This document shows positions 50,323-64,000 of a stretch of 64,000 bases of DNA, in pieces; positions within the stretch are counted from its first letter, which is position 1, and each line of letters starts with the position of its first letter. The translations under genes were made by a program, and so were the position numbers. Source of the DNA: the human T2T-CHM13v2.0 reference genome, Homo sapiens; NCBI RefSeq assembly GCF_009914755.1, contig NC_060925.1; one strand, given 5' to 3'. The notes beneath the pieces were generated by a model. That model worked only from the letters and a program-made list of their open reading frames with translations. It did no database searches and had not been told where the DNA came from.

Positions 50323-51028
50323 TGAGCCACTGCGCCTGGCTAGCTGAGTCTTGATCAAGTTTGAGCAATAGTCCCATTTCGAGCACAGGGAAACCGTGAG
50401 AGCAAAGTCCAAAAAACCCACAATTTAAGGAGAGAATAATGTAATGTAACTAAATTATAGTGGAATCCAGATGGAACCAGGAAAATAAATTGAGGCCACA
50501 TCTTGGAAAGTATTGACTGCCATGTTCAAGAGTTTGAATTTTGGTTTGTAGCAGTAGGAACACTGTAGAGTTTGGAGGATGGGCTTAGACCGGAAAAAAT
50601 CTGGCAGCACAACCTCAAGTAATGGAGGGAAGGATTAAAATTATCCACTGTTAAAAAGAAATTTGAGTTTTTCTTTTTAAAAAAATTTTGTGCTTTATAT
50701 GGCCTTCTACAGAAGAAAATCATGTCTAACTTTCTTATTTTTCTCCCATGGATACCGTGTTTAGATTCTTGGACTTCTTAGTCCTACCACCCTCAAAATT
50801 GTATCTTTCCATTTGTTAACATTGCCATACAGGAGGCAGAGGTTTATCAAAGACCTTCTGTTCTCTTAAGCGTTGTCCTCATACTTGTCCTTTCTTGTTT
50901 CAAGTATTTGCAGTTCTTATCCTTGTATTGGCTCTGGCTTGAGGAATAAGACATCTTAAAATACAGGGGGCTAGCGGTGGCTCACGCCTGTATTCCCAGC
51001 ACTTTGGGAGGCCGAGGCGGGCGGATCA

Positions 51029-51214
<186 letters not shown>

Positions 51215-51306
51215 CTACAGCCTGGGCGACAGGGTAAGACTCTCTTAAAAAATAAAGTGAGGTGAAAACTTAATAAATTCAGGAATCTAAAATACAAACT
51301 TCATAG

Positions 51307-51537
<231 letters not shown>

Positions 51538-51762
51538 TGATCCACCTGCCTAGGCCTCCCAAAGTGCTGGGATTACAGGCGTGAGCCACCATGTACAGGC
51601 TTTTTTTCTTTTTTTTAATACTGGGTCTCGTTATGTTGCCCAGGCTGGCCTCAAGTGATCCTCCCACCTTGGCCTTCCAAAGTGCGGATTACAGGCATGA
51701 GCCACAGTGCCTGGCCCATAGCACTCTTGTTTTTTTGTTTTGTTTTTCTATTTTTTTTTTGA

Positions 51763-51867
<105 letters not shown>

Positions 51868-53385
51868 TGAGTAGCTGGGACTACAGGCACGTGCCACCAC
51901 GCCTGGCTAAATTTTTTTATTTTTAGTAGAGACGGTGTTTCACCATGTTAGCCAAGATAGTCTCGATTTCATGACCTTGTGATCTGCCTGCCTCAGCCTC
52001 CCAAAGTGCTGGGATTACAGGCATAAGCCACCATACCCAGCTGGCCCATAACACTCTTAAAGCATCTCCTACATTGTTCTAGTATTTAGGCTGAAAGTTA
52101 GGGACTTTGACTATGTGTGGAACCACTTGAATTCATGTCAGTTCCTGGACTGTACTGTCACTTGTTATGACATTATTGTTACCTTTAGTTTTTATTTTTA
52201 CAACCTTATCAGGTAGGTATTTAATGTTTACATTGAAGAAGTAAAGATCCTGAATAACTTCTCAAGGTTATAGTCACACAGCTAGTAAGAAGCAAAGTGG
52301 CATTGTTAATACCTCCCACCATTAAAAAAAAAAAAGGTGGTTATAGCAAAGTATACACTAGAATAATTTGAGTTGTTTGAGATGGATACAGGTATCTCTT
52401 TTTTTAAATTAGTAGGTACAAACAAAGAACTTGAAAACCACATCCTTTTAGATTCTTTGTTGTTTCTAGGAGTGTATTTCAAGGTGGTTAGTAATTTGTG
52501 TTTCCTGGGCTCCCTTTAATAGTGTTAGCAAATTTGCTTTGTGATTACCTTGACTTATAATCTCCCCACACACTGAGTTGCCTCTTAGGATCAGAAAATT
52601 ATTTTCTAAGCCCTGACCATCACTTCTAGGCATTAAATCTCAGTTCTTTCCTTGGTCGATGTCCACACTGTAAACATAATGGTTTCTGCTGCCCCCTTTC
52701 CCAAAGTTTATTTTGATTTGTTTTTTAGATAAATCACCCAGGCTCCCTTGTGGTTTTTTTTTGAGACGAGATTTTGCTGTGTTGTTCAGGCTAGTCTCCT
52801 GGGCTCAAGGGATCCTCCCGCCTCCCCCTGCAGAGTAGCTGGGATTACACCCAGCTTTGGAGCCACCACTTCCAGCTCCAAAGATGCTTTTTTAAAGTCC
52901 CATATGGGACAAGAGCTTCCTTGTTAGAAGGTCTTGGGCAGTATGAGACTCACCCCTTAATACCCTAGGTTGTGAAATTGCGAAATTTAAAGGAGATTAA
53001 AAAATAATCCCTGTTAGGTAAACAGAGGTTTCTTTTACTGTAAATTGTACTAGTTAACCATCCAGCTAACTGCAGATCTTGTGTTCTTTGCCACAGGAAA
53101 ACAAGTAAAGGGAACTCTGTCTGGTTTATGCCAAAGTAGCTATTCTTTTATGCATTGTTGAAATAGTGGCAATAAGAACATACTGTCTTTGAAGCCACTG
53201 GGGAGTGCTTGGTACGGTATAAACGTTTTGCTTGTTTATGTCGGGGGAGGGGGAGATTGAGACCTACATGCCAAAGGGAGTATCTAAAGTCTAGTCAGAA
53301 GATCTTTGTCTCTTCCCACTTCTGAAGAAAGTTTGAAGAAATGAGACAATAAAGTGAAAGCTCAAGTTTGTTTCTTTTTTATTAG

Positions 53386-53526
53386 AGCAAATTTTTCAGA
53401 ACATAAAACAAGAATATAGTCGTTATCAGAGGTGGAGACATTTAGAAGTTGTTCTTAATCAGAGTGAAGCTTGTGCTTCGGAAAGTCAACCTCACTCCTC
53501 AGCACTCACAGCACCTAGCTCTCCAG
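53386..53526 (+). CDS. AKIRIN1: Akirin-1 exon 2 (141 nt)
   Basis: Acceptor tttcttttttattAG and donor CAG|GTAAGC. Continues the frame as EQIFQNIKQEYSRYQRWRHLEVVLNQSEACASESQPHSSALTAPSSP. Confidence 0.97.
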
Positions 53527-53769
53527 GTAAGCCCACTTTGATCTGCAAAATTCGCATTAAGAGTTTGTAAATGGTACTTATAATGATGAATCTAGAATTG
53601 GCCTCCTCTAATGTAATAGAATTGCTAACGGGGATGTATTAATATTTACAGATATTTTTAAAACTATACAGTCATGAAATTGGAAGAAACCTCACATTGA
53701 TTTGATGTGCTTCCATCCACCCAATACAAGAATATCTTCCTGTATAACTGCAATGTGTAATATTGTAGC

Positions 53770-54230
53770 CAGGGTGCAATAAATAGCCACATGTGGGCTA
53801 TTTAATTTTAAACTAATTAAAATTAGATAAAATTTTGGCCGGCTGAGGTGGCTCATGCCTGTAATCCTAGCACTTTGGGAGGCTGAGGCAGGCGGATCTC
53901 CTGAGGTCAAGAGTTCAAGACCGGCCTGGCCAACATGGCAAAACCTCATCTCTACTAAAAATACAAAAAAATTAGCCAGGCATGGTGGCTCGCAGCTGTA
54001 ATCCCAGCTACTCGGGAGGCTGAGGTTGCAGTGAGCTGAGATGACACCATTGTACTCCAGCCTGGGTGACAGAGTGAGTCTCTGTCTCAAAAAAAAAAAA
54101 AGTTTTTTTAAAATTCTGTTCCTCAGGTTCAGTAGTCACATTTCAGGTACTCATTAGCCACATATGGCTGTTGTATTGTACATGCAGTTACGAGATATTT
54201 CCATAATTGCAGAAAGCTCTGTTCAACAGG
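53770..54230. mobile_element. MER33/MER3-type hAT MITE split by an Alu
   Basis: TAGCCACATGTGGGCTA..CACATTTCAGGTACTCATTAGCCACATATGGCT..ATATTTCCATAATTGCAGAAAG. Confidence 0.6.
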
Positions 54231-55026
54231 GGCTGCTCATTATTGACAAATGGTCAAAGAGGATGTGCTAAAAAATAGAATCTCAAGGTTGGAGACAGTC
54301 TTCATGGTCATGTAGTGACTCAGTTTTGCCTGCCATATTGCCTCCTGTTGGGGTTCAACAGCCCAGTGTTTGACCATCTCCAGTGGTGGTGAAATCTGTC
54401 TCCTTTAACAGTAGAAGAGTCTTATTTCCTCACAAAGTATTCTACTTAACAGTTCTAAAGGTTAAAAGTTACCTTGGTTAAAAAATGTCTCCTTACAAAA
54501 TATAAACTGGGGTTTGCCCGGAATTAGGGTTAGGGGAGAATGAGGAGATATTGCTTGATGGGTAAGGGGTTTTAGTTTTTGTAGTGATGGAAGTGTTCTG
54601 GAACTAGAAGTGGTGGTAGTAGTGTAACATTTTGATTATGCTAAATGCCACTGACTTGTTTGCTTTAAAGTGATTACTTTTCTGTTATGTGACTTTTACC
54701 TCAACAAATTATTATTTTTTAATCCAGAGTTCCTGGCTCTGGAACTGCACCCTTTCTGATTGCTCTTGCACATACATGATAAACCTGTCAGTGGTTACAA
54801 CTAGCACTATTCTCTTGAGATTTCAGTAATATAATTTTAAAGTAATGGGATATGTTATGGTTAACAAAACAGTTACAAATAATGACTAGTGAGATGTTTT
54901 GGTTAGATTTTATTTGTAGAGAAAAAAATATCCTTGAGTTAGTTTAAGCAAAAAATTGTTTCAGTGTGTTAAATGGCTTACTGGCTAACAAATGGCCAAA
55001 GAAACAGATTTTAGCCTGAGCTTTGA

Positions 55027-55335
<309 letters not shown>

Positions 55336-56186
55336 TGATCAACCCGTCTTGGCCTCCAAAGTGCTGGGATTACAGGCGAGAGCCACCATGCCTGGCCAGG
55401 GCTGCTGCTTTTATCATGATCAGAAAGCCACTTGTGGGATTTGTTCACTTGCCAGCTCCAGAACCAGGCTGGTAGAAGCTTATCCCTGTGACTTATCTCT
55501 GTACTGAATTCAAATCTTCTGTGAGTGAACCTGATTAGGAGAACCTTTTTTTTCTTTTTCTTTTTTTTTTTTTTTTTGAGTCCGTTTTGCTCTTGTTGCC
55601 CCGTTTGGAGTGCATGCAGTTGTGTGATCTCGGCTCACTGCAATCTCCGCCTCTCAGGTTCAAGCGATTCTCCTTTCTCAGCCTCCCAAGTAGCTGGAAT
55701 TACAGGTGCCCATCACCACGTCCAGCTAATTTTTTGTATTTTAAGTAGAGACAGGGGTTTCTCCATGTTGGTCAGGCTGGTCCCGAACTCCCAACCTCAG
55801 GTGATCCGCCCACCTCGACCTCCCAGAGTGCTGGGATTACAGGCATGGCCACTGCGCCCGGCCTTTTTTTCTTTTTTCTTTTTTTTTTGAGATGGCGTTT
55901 TACTCTTGTTGCCCAGGCTGGAGTGCAGTGGCACAATCTTGACTCACTGCAACCGCCACCTCTCGGGTTCAAGCAATTCTTCTGCCTCAGCCTCCCGAGT
56001 AGCTGGGATAATGGGCATGCCCTACCACGCCCAGCTAATTTTGTATTTTTAGTAGAGACTGGGTTTCTCCACGTTGTCAGGCTGGTCTCCACCTCAGATG
56101 ATCCGCCTGCCTTGGCCTCCCAAAGTGCTGGGATTATAGGTGTGAACCACCGCACCTGGCCCAAACTCACTTTTTCTTTTGGCCAG

Positions 56187-56321
56187 GTTCCTCATGGATG
56201 AAGAAGGACCAGCCCACATTTACCCTCCGACAAGTTGGCATAATATGTGAGCGCCTCTTAAAAGACTATGAAGATAAAATTCGGGAGGAGTATGAGCAAA
56301 TCCTCAATACCAAACTAGCAG
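56187..56321 (+). CDS. AKIRIN1: Akirin-1 exon 3 (135 nt)
   Basis: Acceptor tttttcttttggccAG and donor CAG|GTAGGC. Encodes [45 protein letters not shown], the conserved akirin C-terminal helical region. Confidence 0.97.
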
Positions 56322-57763
56322 GTAGGCCCAGGCAGTGACTGCCATTGTCATTAACAGGGTTCAGTTAAAAATTAACACCAGTTAAATAACTTAGAAAAAG
56401 AGAGTAGGACCTCATGCAAGGGAGTTTATTGAGTTGCGGGTATGGAAGTTACTCTTTGGTGATTGTAAACACATCATTTATACATTATATGGAAGGACTT
56501 TTTTTTTTTTTTTTTTTTGGGACAGAGTTTTGCTCTTATTTTCCAGGCTGACACCACAACCTCCGCCTGCCAGGTTCTAACGATTCTCCTGCCTCAGCCT
56601 CCAGAGTAGCTGGGATTACAGGCATGCGCCACCATGCCTGGCTAATTTTTTTGTATTTTTAGCAGAGAGGGGGCTTCTCCATGTTTGTCAGGCTGGTCTC
56701 AAACTCCTGACCTCAGGTGATCCGCCCACCTTGACCTCCCAAAATGCTTGGATTACAGGCGTGAGCCACCGCGCCTGGCCAAGACTTTGTTTTTTAAATA
56801 GAGGCAAGGTTTTGCTGTGAGCCCAGCTCTAGGAGTCTCCAGCTCCAGGCCTCAAGAAGTACTCCACCTCAGCTTCCCAGAGTGCTGGCATTACAGGAGT
56901 GCTACACACCTTGCCCAGTGGGAGGGATTTTTCATTTGCATTTCTGAAAAGAAACAAACCAAGCTCTTGCAAGAATTTTCCATATCAATGAAGGCATTGA
57001 GTAGGCCATTTGGGCTAGCTGGCTGGTAAACAGATGGTTGTGATACTGTACTAAACTCTCAACAGGTGTTGTGGAAGAGTTCAGTATTGTCAACATATTC
57101 AAACTTCCTAGTTAAGAAGTCATAGTTATGGATGTGGCGAGTTGGGTGTGATTTGGGAGGAACAGTAGAGTAAAAGCAAGGCTAGGGCAGGTTAGAACAA
57201 AGATAGTGATTAATGATGGCAACAATTAAAGCCTTTTGTGAAAGAAAGAGATCTGAATCAGAAATAGGAAATAGTACCTGTTTAGTGAAAGTGGATAATA
57301 TTCCACATTAAACCACAGTACTCTATGTCAAGCACAAATCTCATCATACTCCTTTTCTGATTAAAGTCCTCAGCTGTACCCTATGGGATATAGGTCAAGA
57401 TCTGTTGCTTAGGGTGACAGTGTGAGTAATTAAGAAATTTATGGGCAGCTTTCATGCTTTGCTGCTGTGTAATCATCAGAGAGTGAAGAAGCACAACTTT
57501 TTCCTGTAACACTATTGTTTCCTAGTCTGGTGACCCATACAACGTGGTTCCTCAGAATATTAATAGATCTGTCTTACATTGGGAGCTGTTGGGTTAAGCA
57601 AAGTTAAATGAGTTCCTTTATAGTAGAACTACTTTGATCCTTTAATATGTATTATAAGAAGAAGGTCTAGGCCGGGCGCAGTGGCTCACGCCTGTAATCC
57701 CAGCACTTTGGGAGGCCGAGGCGGGCAGATTACAAGGTCAGGAGATCGAGACCATGCTGGCTA

Positions 57764-58016
<253 letters not shown>

Positions 58017-58567
58017 TCAGCTGGTTCTGAGTCACTTCTTTGTTCACAGATGTCAGGCTACCTTCTTCCTTTCTACTCAGTTTCCCCTTAAAAGGTGGTA
58101 CTTCTGTGGAACTGTTTGCAGTTAGATGGTATAGATTTTCACTTAGCTTTCTAGCCATCCCACACTTCTTCCACTCATGTTTTTCACTCAATGTGTGTTG
58201 AAATTTATAACAAGGAAAGAGTTTCAAAGATTCATGTCCCATGGGAGATGGGCTGAAATTTCCTGGCTATGGTAGTGAGCTATTAATAGGAGATAGAGTT
58301 ATGTCACGGGGGAGAGGTTATCAGGAAAATACCATTATATACCATCAGTGACCAATTCTAGAAGCCAAGGATTTGGCTCTGGGTTCTAAGAGGAACAGAT
58401 CTCAGTGACCTTTATATAAGGTCACTGGACTTTAATACAAGGACCTTTATAAAGAGGGCCTGAGAGGGTGAAGAATTCAAACTGGGAAGCTATTTGTGAT
58501 CCTGACGCTTGATTCTTAAAAATTGAGGGAGAGTTGCTGAGGATAAGTATGTACTGTCTTCTCACAG

Positions 58568-58639
58568 AACAATATGAATCTTTTGTGAAATTCACACATG
58601 ATCAGATTATGCGACGGTATGGGACAAGGCCAACAAGCT
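58568..58639 (+). CDS. AKIRIN1: Akirin-1 exon 4 (72 nt)
   Basis: Acceptor tcttctcacAG and donor GCT|GTAAGT. Encodes [24 protein letters not shown]. Confidence 0.97.
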
Positions 58640-58734
58640 GTAAGTATTGCCACATTTTCTTTGAATTTTCTAAGTTTCAAGAGCAAAATTTCTACACTGA
58701 AACTTCTCTCCTCAGAGTAAAAAGTCCCTGTGAA

Positions 58735-58945
58735 GTAAAATGTGCCCAGCACTATGCTAAGAGTATTAAATCCACACCAAAGCTTATATAAGCCTCACAG
58801 TGACCCTATGAGGGAGTACTATTATTAGCTCCATTTTACTGGTAAAGATAGCATTTAAAGAGGTTAAATAATTTGCCCAAGCTTATACAGCTAGTGGTTC
58901 AGCTAGGATTAAAATCTAGGTAGTCTGACTTGAGCACCAATTTGT
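58735..58945 (+). mobile_element. MIR SINE in AKIRIN1 intron 4
   Basis: CCCTATGAGG..CCATTTTAC..GAGGTTAAATAATTTGCCCAAG..ACAGCTAGT..GTCTGACT. Confidence 0.7.
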
Positions 58946-59265
58946 TACCTGTCTTTTCTCCAGAAAGATAGTTTCAGTTGTTAATTTATGAAAGTTGATT
59001 CCTTAAGTTAGTTTATCAAGTGTGGTCAGGATTTCTTATTCTAAATAATTTGCAACTACCAGATATTCAAAGCATAAAATATTAACAGTTGTATATCTAA
59101 CTGAATTTCAGTCAGGTTCCTTAAATTCTTGATCTTTAGTATCTTTTAAGTGGTGAGTCATCGTTCATGCTATTTCTCACATTTACTGTTAGTGAAAATT
59201 TTTAAAGCATGACACTACAGTTTTTAGTATTCTTACCCTTTTTGTTTTTTATTCTTAATTTACAG

Positions 59266-59276
59266 ATGTGTCATGA
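59266..59276 (+). CDS. AKIRIN1: Akirin-1 exon 5 coding part (YVS + stop)
   Basis: Long pyrimidine tract and tacAG, then (T)AT GTG TCA TGA completing the akirin SYVS terminus. CDS total 220+141+135+72+11 = 579 nt = 192 aa plus stop. Confidence 0.96.
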
Positions 59277-60244
59277 AGCTTTGTCACATATCTGGGTACC
59301 AGGTTTGACCTCAAGAGATGGCTGCTGTACACTTTTTGCAACTGGTTTGATGTCACATTTCAGCTCCAACTTTGCATCCTGAGAACACTTAAACGTTTCT
59401 GCAGGTCCATTTTATACAACTTGAAAGACCGTAAAACTTTCTGGTTGCCACAAGCATATCTTTCTTTTCTGCTCATCCAATAAACAGCTGTGCCCTACTG
59501 TGATAGATTTTCCAAACAAAAATACCTGGAGCAGCAGTTTAGCAAAATATGCCTTCAGTGGCATTCAACAAATGGAGTTTCCCCAAGCACAGTTCTGTAA
59601 GAAGTGCGTGTGAGAGTGTGTGTATATGTGTGTATGTGTATTTTAAGTTATTATTTGTATTGTGCAAAAATTTTTTTTTGATCTTGGGGATTCTGGCTGT
59701 GAATTTGGTGCACGACAATTATGGTAAAAAAACATTTGCTTGGTCTAAAGAAGATCATTAATGTTTTGTGACCATACAAGTTGTAACAGTGGATTGTTTT
59801 TATGTGTAGGTATTGTTAAATACAGGGACTGTTTCCAGGCACAGAATATGAATCGTAAGTTAGGATGGACATTAGATGTGATTATGATGATAAAGCGAAG
59901 GTCTGCGGTCCTGTATCTACAGACACGTGGTGAGAAATTAGAACAAACTGGAGACGGGCCATTGACACATGGACTCTGCCTGGGCATGTTAGGTTAATTC
60001 TTTGACTCCAAGCCTTAAAATACTCACATGGAGTCAGCGCTCACCTCATTCACACAATTATCATAGAGCTCCCTGGACACTGAACCTCTAAAGGGAAAAG
60101 GTCTACCCTGGAGCCAGGAGCATCAGGGTTGGCTTGGGAGCATGAGAGGTGAGCCCAGGGCTAGGCCTGGGCCAGGCCCCGGCAGCACTGCTACTTGGGA
60201 GGAGCCACTTCACCTTTGTATTAGTTATTAAAAAATATAATTTG

Positions 60245-60659
<415 letters not shown>

Positions 60660-61086
60660 TCACCTTGTTTCCAAGGCTGAGGAACAGAAAGTAGCCTCTG
60701 TTTTGAGGAGGTGGAAGTTAAGTATACATTTATTTTTTACTGTGACTTGTTCAGGACCACATTTTACAAAATGCCTTGTTTCCTTCATTGTTTCTGGAAA
60801 GGAAAGTTCTATTAATATTGTTTTACTTTGAATATAGAATAGTTTTTTTAATTAGGGCTTATTTTGAAAAATTCTGAGTTTAATTCAAATGTATGCCAAT
60901 ACCTTCCAAAGTAAGGTAATATTCAGAGACAGTTGTTGTGATCAGATGGCTTAGAGAAATTTCTGGAATATTCACATTCGAAGATTCCTTATTAATGAAT
61001 GTCTTTGACTTAAATCTAACCAAAAACTGCAACATTATTCTTTGTACATTTTCATTATATAGTGTTAACAAGCTTAGTTGCAAACA

Positions 61087-61092
61087 AATAAA
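61087..61092 (+). terminator. Candidate polyadenylation signal AATAAA
   Basis: Canonical hexamer with an upstream TGTA and downstream U-rich sequence. Confidence 0.6.
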
Positions 61093-61256
61093 ATACTTAA
61101 GCTATTTGTTTACCTTGCCTTCTTAATACTGTGATAATGTTTATTAATTCAAATAACTTATGTGAGAGCTGCTATAACCATTTCCCCAGTTCAACATTGC
61201 ATTGAAAATTTATGGACCTTTAAAAAAAAAAGCCCAACAGTGATTTTTTTTTAATA

Positions 61257-61262
61257 ATTAAA
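61257..61262 (+). terminator. Candidate distal polyadenylation signal ATTAAA
   Basis: Variant hexamer followed by U/GU-rich sequence (tttactttgta...gatttgtttc). Confidence 0.55.
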
Positions 61263-62984
61263 GAATGATTTTACTTTGTATTTGAAGGGTGATTTGTTTC
61301 ATCTCTTCTTTTTTCAGGGTAGTCACTTGTTCCTAAAAGAGGAACATAGCAGTGGCTGTAATGGGAATGGCTCTGCAGTGGGCTAGTCACACCAAAATAA
61401 AGAAAGGGCAGCTGTGGGAGCCATCAGAAGCTGTGGAGGCTGGACTGGTAATGGGGAATGCTGCCCCACTGAAGTCTTGTTTTAGAGATCAGTGTGATGT
61501 GCTCACTTAACTATAAAGTGTCAGTCCCCATTCCAACTAAGTGGCTCCTGGCTGGGAAGTAGAGTAGGTTTCTCTAAGGAAAATGACACCTGCTCACCAC
61601 CCGCCCCACTATACCACATTGTTGTTAGGCTATCATATAATGATAAGGTAGCCCTCTGAGGCCACAAGGTAAGACCAAACCACCAGGGCTGGGTTTTGGG
61701 ATCCCCTCTAAAGAGACCACACATGTTTGTTTAGTGTTTATAATCTAGAGAAAAGACAACTGGGACAGAAAATGGGGACCTGGAAGGTAGGTCTCAGACT
61801 GGTGAATGAATTTTTCCCTAGACCTTGATTTCCAGAGCTTGAATTTAAGGGCACTCCCAGGTAGAGAAATGTCTTTGTCCCATGGAAATTATAGACCAAG
61901 GAAGACGTCAACCTATAAAAACGTATAAGGGTTTCTCAGGAACAGTGTTTTCAGAATATCTGGTGAGCTAGCTAATTTTTTTCTCTATTTTAATTCCAGT
62001 TATTATCCTTGATAAAGTCTTAAGCTTAAGAGGAAAAAGTAAGTGTCCATCCTTGGGTCAGAAGTTAAAAGGAAGATCAGAGCTCCTAAGGCAGTGATAA
62101 TTGTTAAGATCTTCCAAAGGGGAAGACCATCAGAGAGTACAAGAATTTAAGCCAGCGGGTGGCGCACGCCTGTAATCCCAGCACTTTGGAAGGCTGAGGG
62201 GCAGATCACCCGAGGTCTGGAGTTTGAGACCAGCTTGACCAACATGGTGAAACCCCATCTCTACTAAAATACAAAAATTAGCTGGGCGTAGTGGCGGGCG
62301 CCTGTAATCTCAGCTACTTGGAAGGCTGAGGCGGGAGAATCAACCTGAAACCATGAGGCGGAGGTTGCAGTGAGCCGAGATTGTGCCATTGCACTCCAGC
62401 CTGGCAACAGAGTTAAGACTATGTCTCAAAAAAAAAAAAAGGATTTAAGCCAATCTTTCAAACCTGGTGAATCTTCTTACCATGGAGGATTGGTTGGCTA
62501 GCATAGTAAAGGACTGACTGCGTGGTTGTAGCTCTGTAGTTTGGTTTCTTCTCTGCCACTAATTTGGTTATGTCAGCCTTGCCAGATTACTAAACTTGCT
62601 GAAACATGGCTTGCTTACCTGTAAAATCGAGGTTAATAGTAGGTTCATATTGGGTTTTGTTTTCAAATGCAAGAAATCATCCATGTAAAGAAAGTATTTA
62701 GCACAGCTTAGGGCATAGACTATGCACTTTACAATGTTAGAGCAGGTTTCTTTATAGTAGTCTTCGTCAGACCTGGAGACCCAAACTTTTGTGTCCCAAG
62801 TAGTGATTCTCAGCTTTCCAATATGAATAGCCCCTTGTTAACATAAAGATCTCACTTTTTCTTATTAGAATTTGTACCTTTGTTTGATTAAGGAAATAAA
62901 AGATGAATGACAAATGAATTTGGTAATGCCTTTCTGTGAATCTGTATTCAGTATGTTTTGTATGTTAATATAGCAGGGTCATAC

Positions 62985-63170
62985 AAAAACTGGCCTATTT
63001 TTGTAAAGTTTTGTAGAAACACTGCTACACCTATTCATTTGTCTGTGGCAGTTTTCACACTAACTCCAGACTTGAGTAGAGTAGGTGCTACAAAGACCAA
63101 AGCATGGGCCACAGAGCTGAAAATACTTACTCTGTGTCCTTTTACAGAAAAGTGTGCTGGCCTTTGCACT
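62985..63170. mobile_element. MER58-type hAT MITE
   Basis: TTTTTGTAAAGTTTTGTAGAAACAC..AAAATACTTACTCTGTGTCCTTTTACAGAAAA. Confidence 0.6.
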
Positions 63171-63325
63171 AAAGCATGAAGAAACATTTGGGAAAAAGCA
63201 CACAGGCTGGGCACGGTGGCCCATGCCTGTAATCCCAGCACTTTGGGAGGCCGAGGCGGGCAGATCACCTGAGAATGGGAGTTCAAGACCAGCCTGGCCA
63301 ACATGGAGAAATCCCATCTCTACTA

Positions 63326-63484
<159 letters not shown>

Positions 63485-64000
63485 TCAATTAAAAAAAAGA
63501 AAAAAGAGCAACAAACAAGGCAAAGTTACTTCATTTATAATCCTTGTTGCATCATGAGTTGGTCAACACTTACCCTAATTTGTCATTCTTAAGGCTGTTA
63601 TACCTTCAGTTGAGGTGTGATGAAAATACCCTTTTTGCTTACAAATAAAAACTGATTGCCAAAGTAAGTATGTCACAGAAAAAGCTATTGAACAACTGTT
63701 TAGAGCAATGATTCTCAAGGATGGGGACACAGAGCATACTATTTGGGGAGGGAAAAAGATTTGAAATGACCAATTTTATTTCAAGCATTTTTAATTTTGG
63801 AATTTTAGGTACAAAAATGGGTGTGAGAATTTTGTTTAACAGAAAATAGCATGGCTTTAAAATAGTTTGTAAAATACTGTTCTTAAGGAACAGAGTGTAA
63901 TAGTGCCCATGGGCTATTAAAAAGGAACAGAAACTTCTCTACTACTCTGGAGTCCTTTGTTGAAAACAGATTGAGGGAGTGCTGTAGTCTTCCAGAGCTA

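Noticed and set aside
53384-53387. Tandem AGAG acceptor at exon 2
   Set aside because: The second AG shifts the frame by 2 nt and is a disfavoured GAG; only the first AG preserves the protein.

Overview
Primate genomic DNA, almost certainly human, very rich in Alu repeats. The only intact protein-coding gene is AKIRIN1 on the + strand. It has a CpG-island promoter at ~46.2-47.3 kb, five coding exons (46599-46818, 53386-53526, 56187-56321, 58568-58639, 59266-59276; 579 nt, 192 aa, all GT-AG introns) and a ~2 kb 3'UTR containing an Alu. The ~46 kb upstream is intergenic and built from nested insertions. These include a Y3 RNA pseudogene, an EIF1 processed pseudogene inside a MaLR LTR, a near full-length Tigger2 DNA transposon broken up by Alus and an LTR1, a single-LTR HERV9/LTR12 env remnant inside an Alu monomer, several solo LTRs, and a ~56-nt poly(A)-tailed micro-retrocopy. 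Nearly all ORFs in the supplied track are Alu translation artefacts. I found no convincing previously undescribed biological system; the findings are structural oddities and testable regulatory hypotheses. Repeat subfamily names come from recall of consensus sequences, not from a database search.
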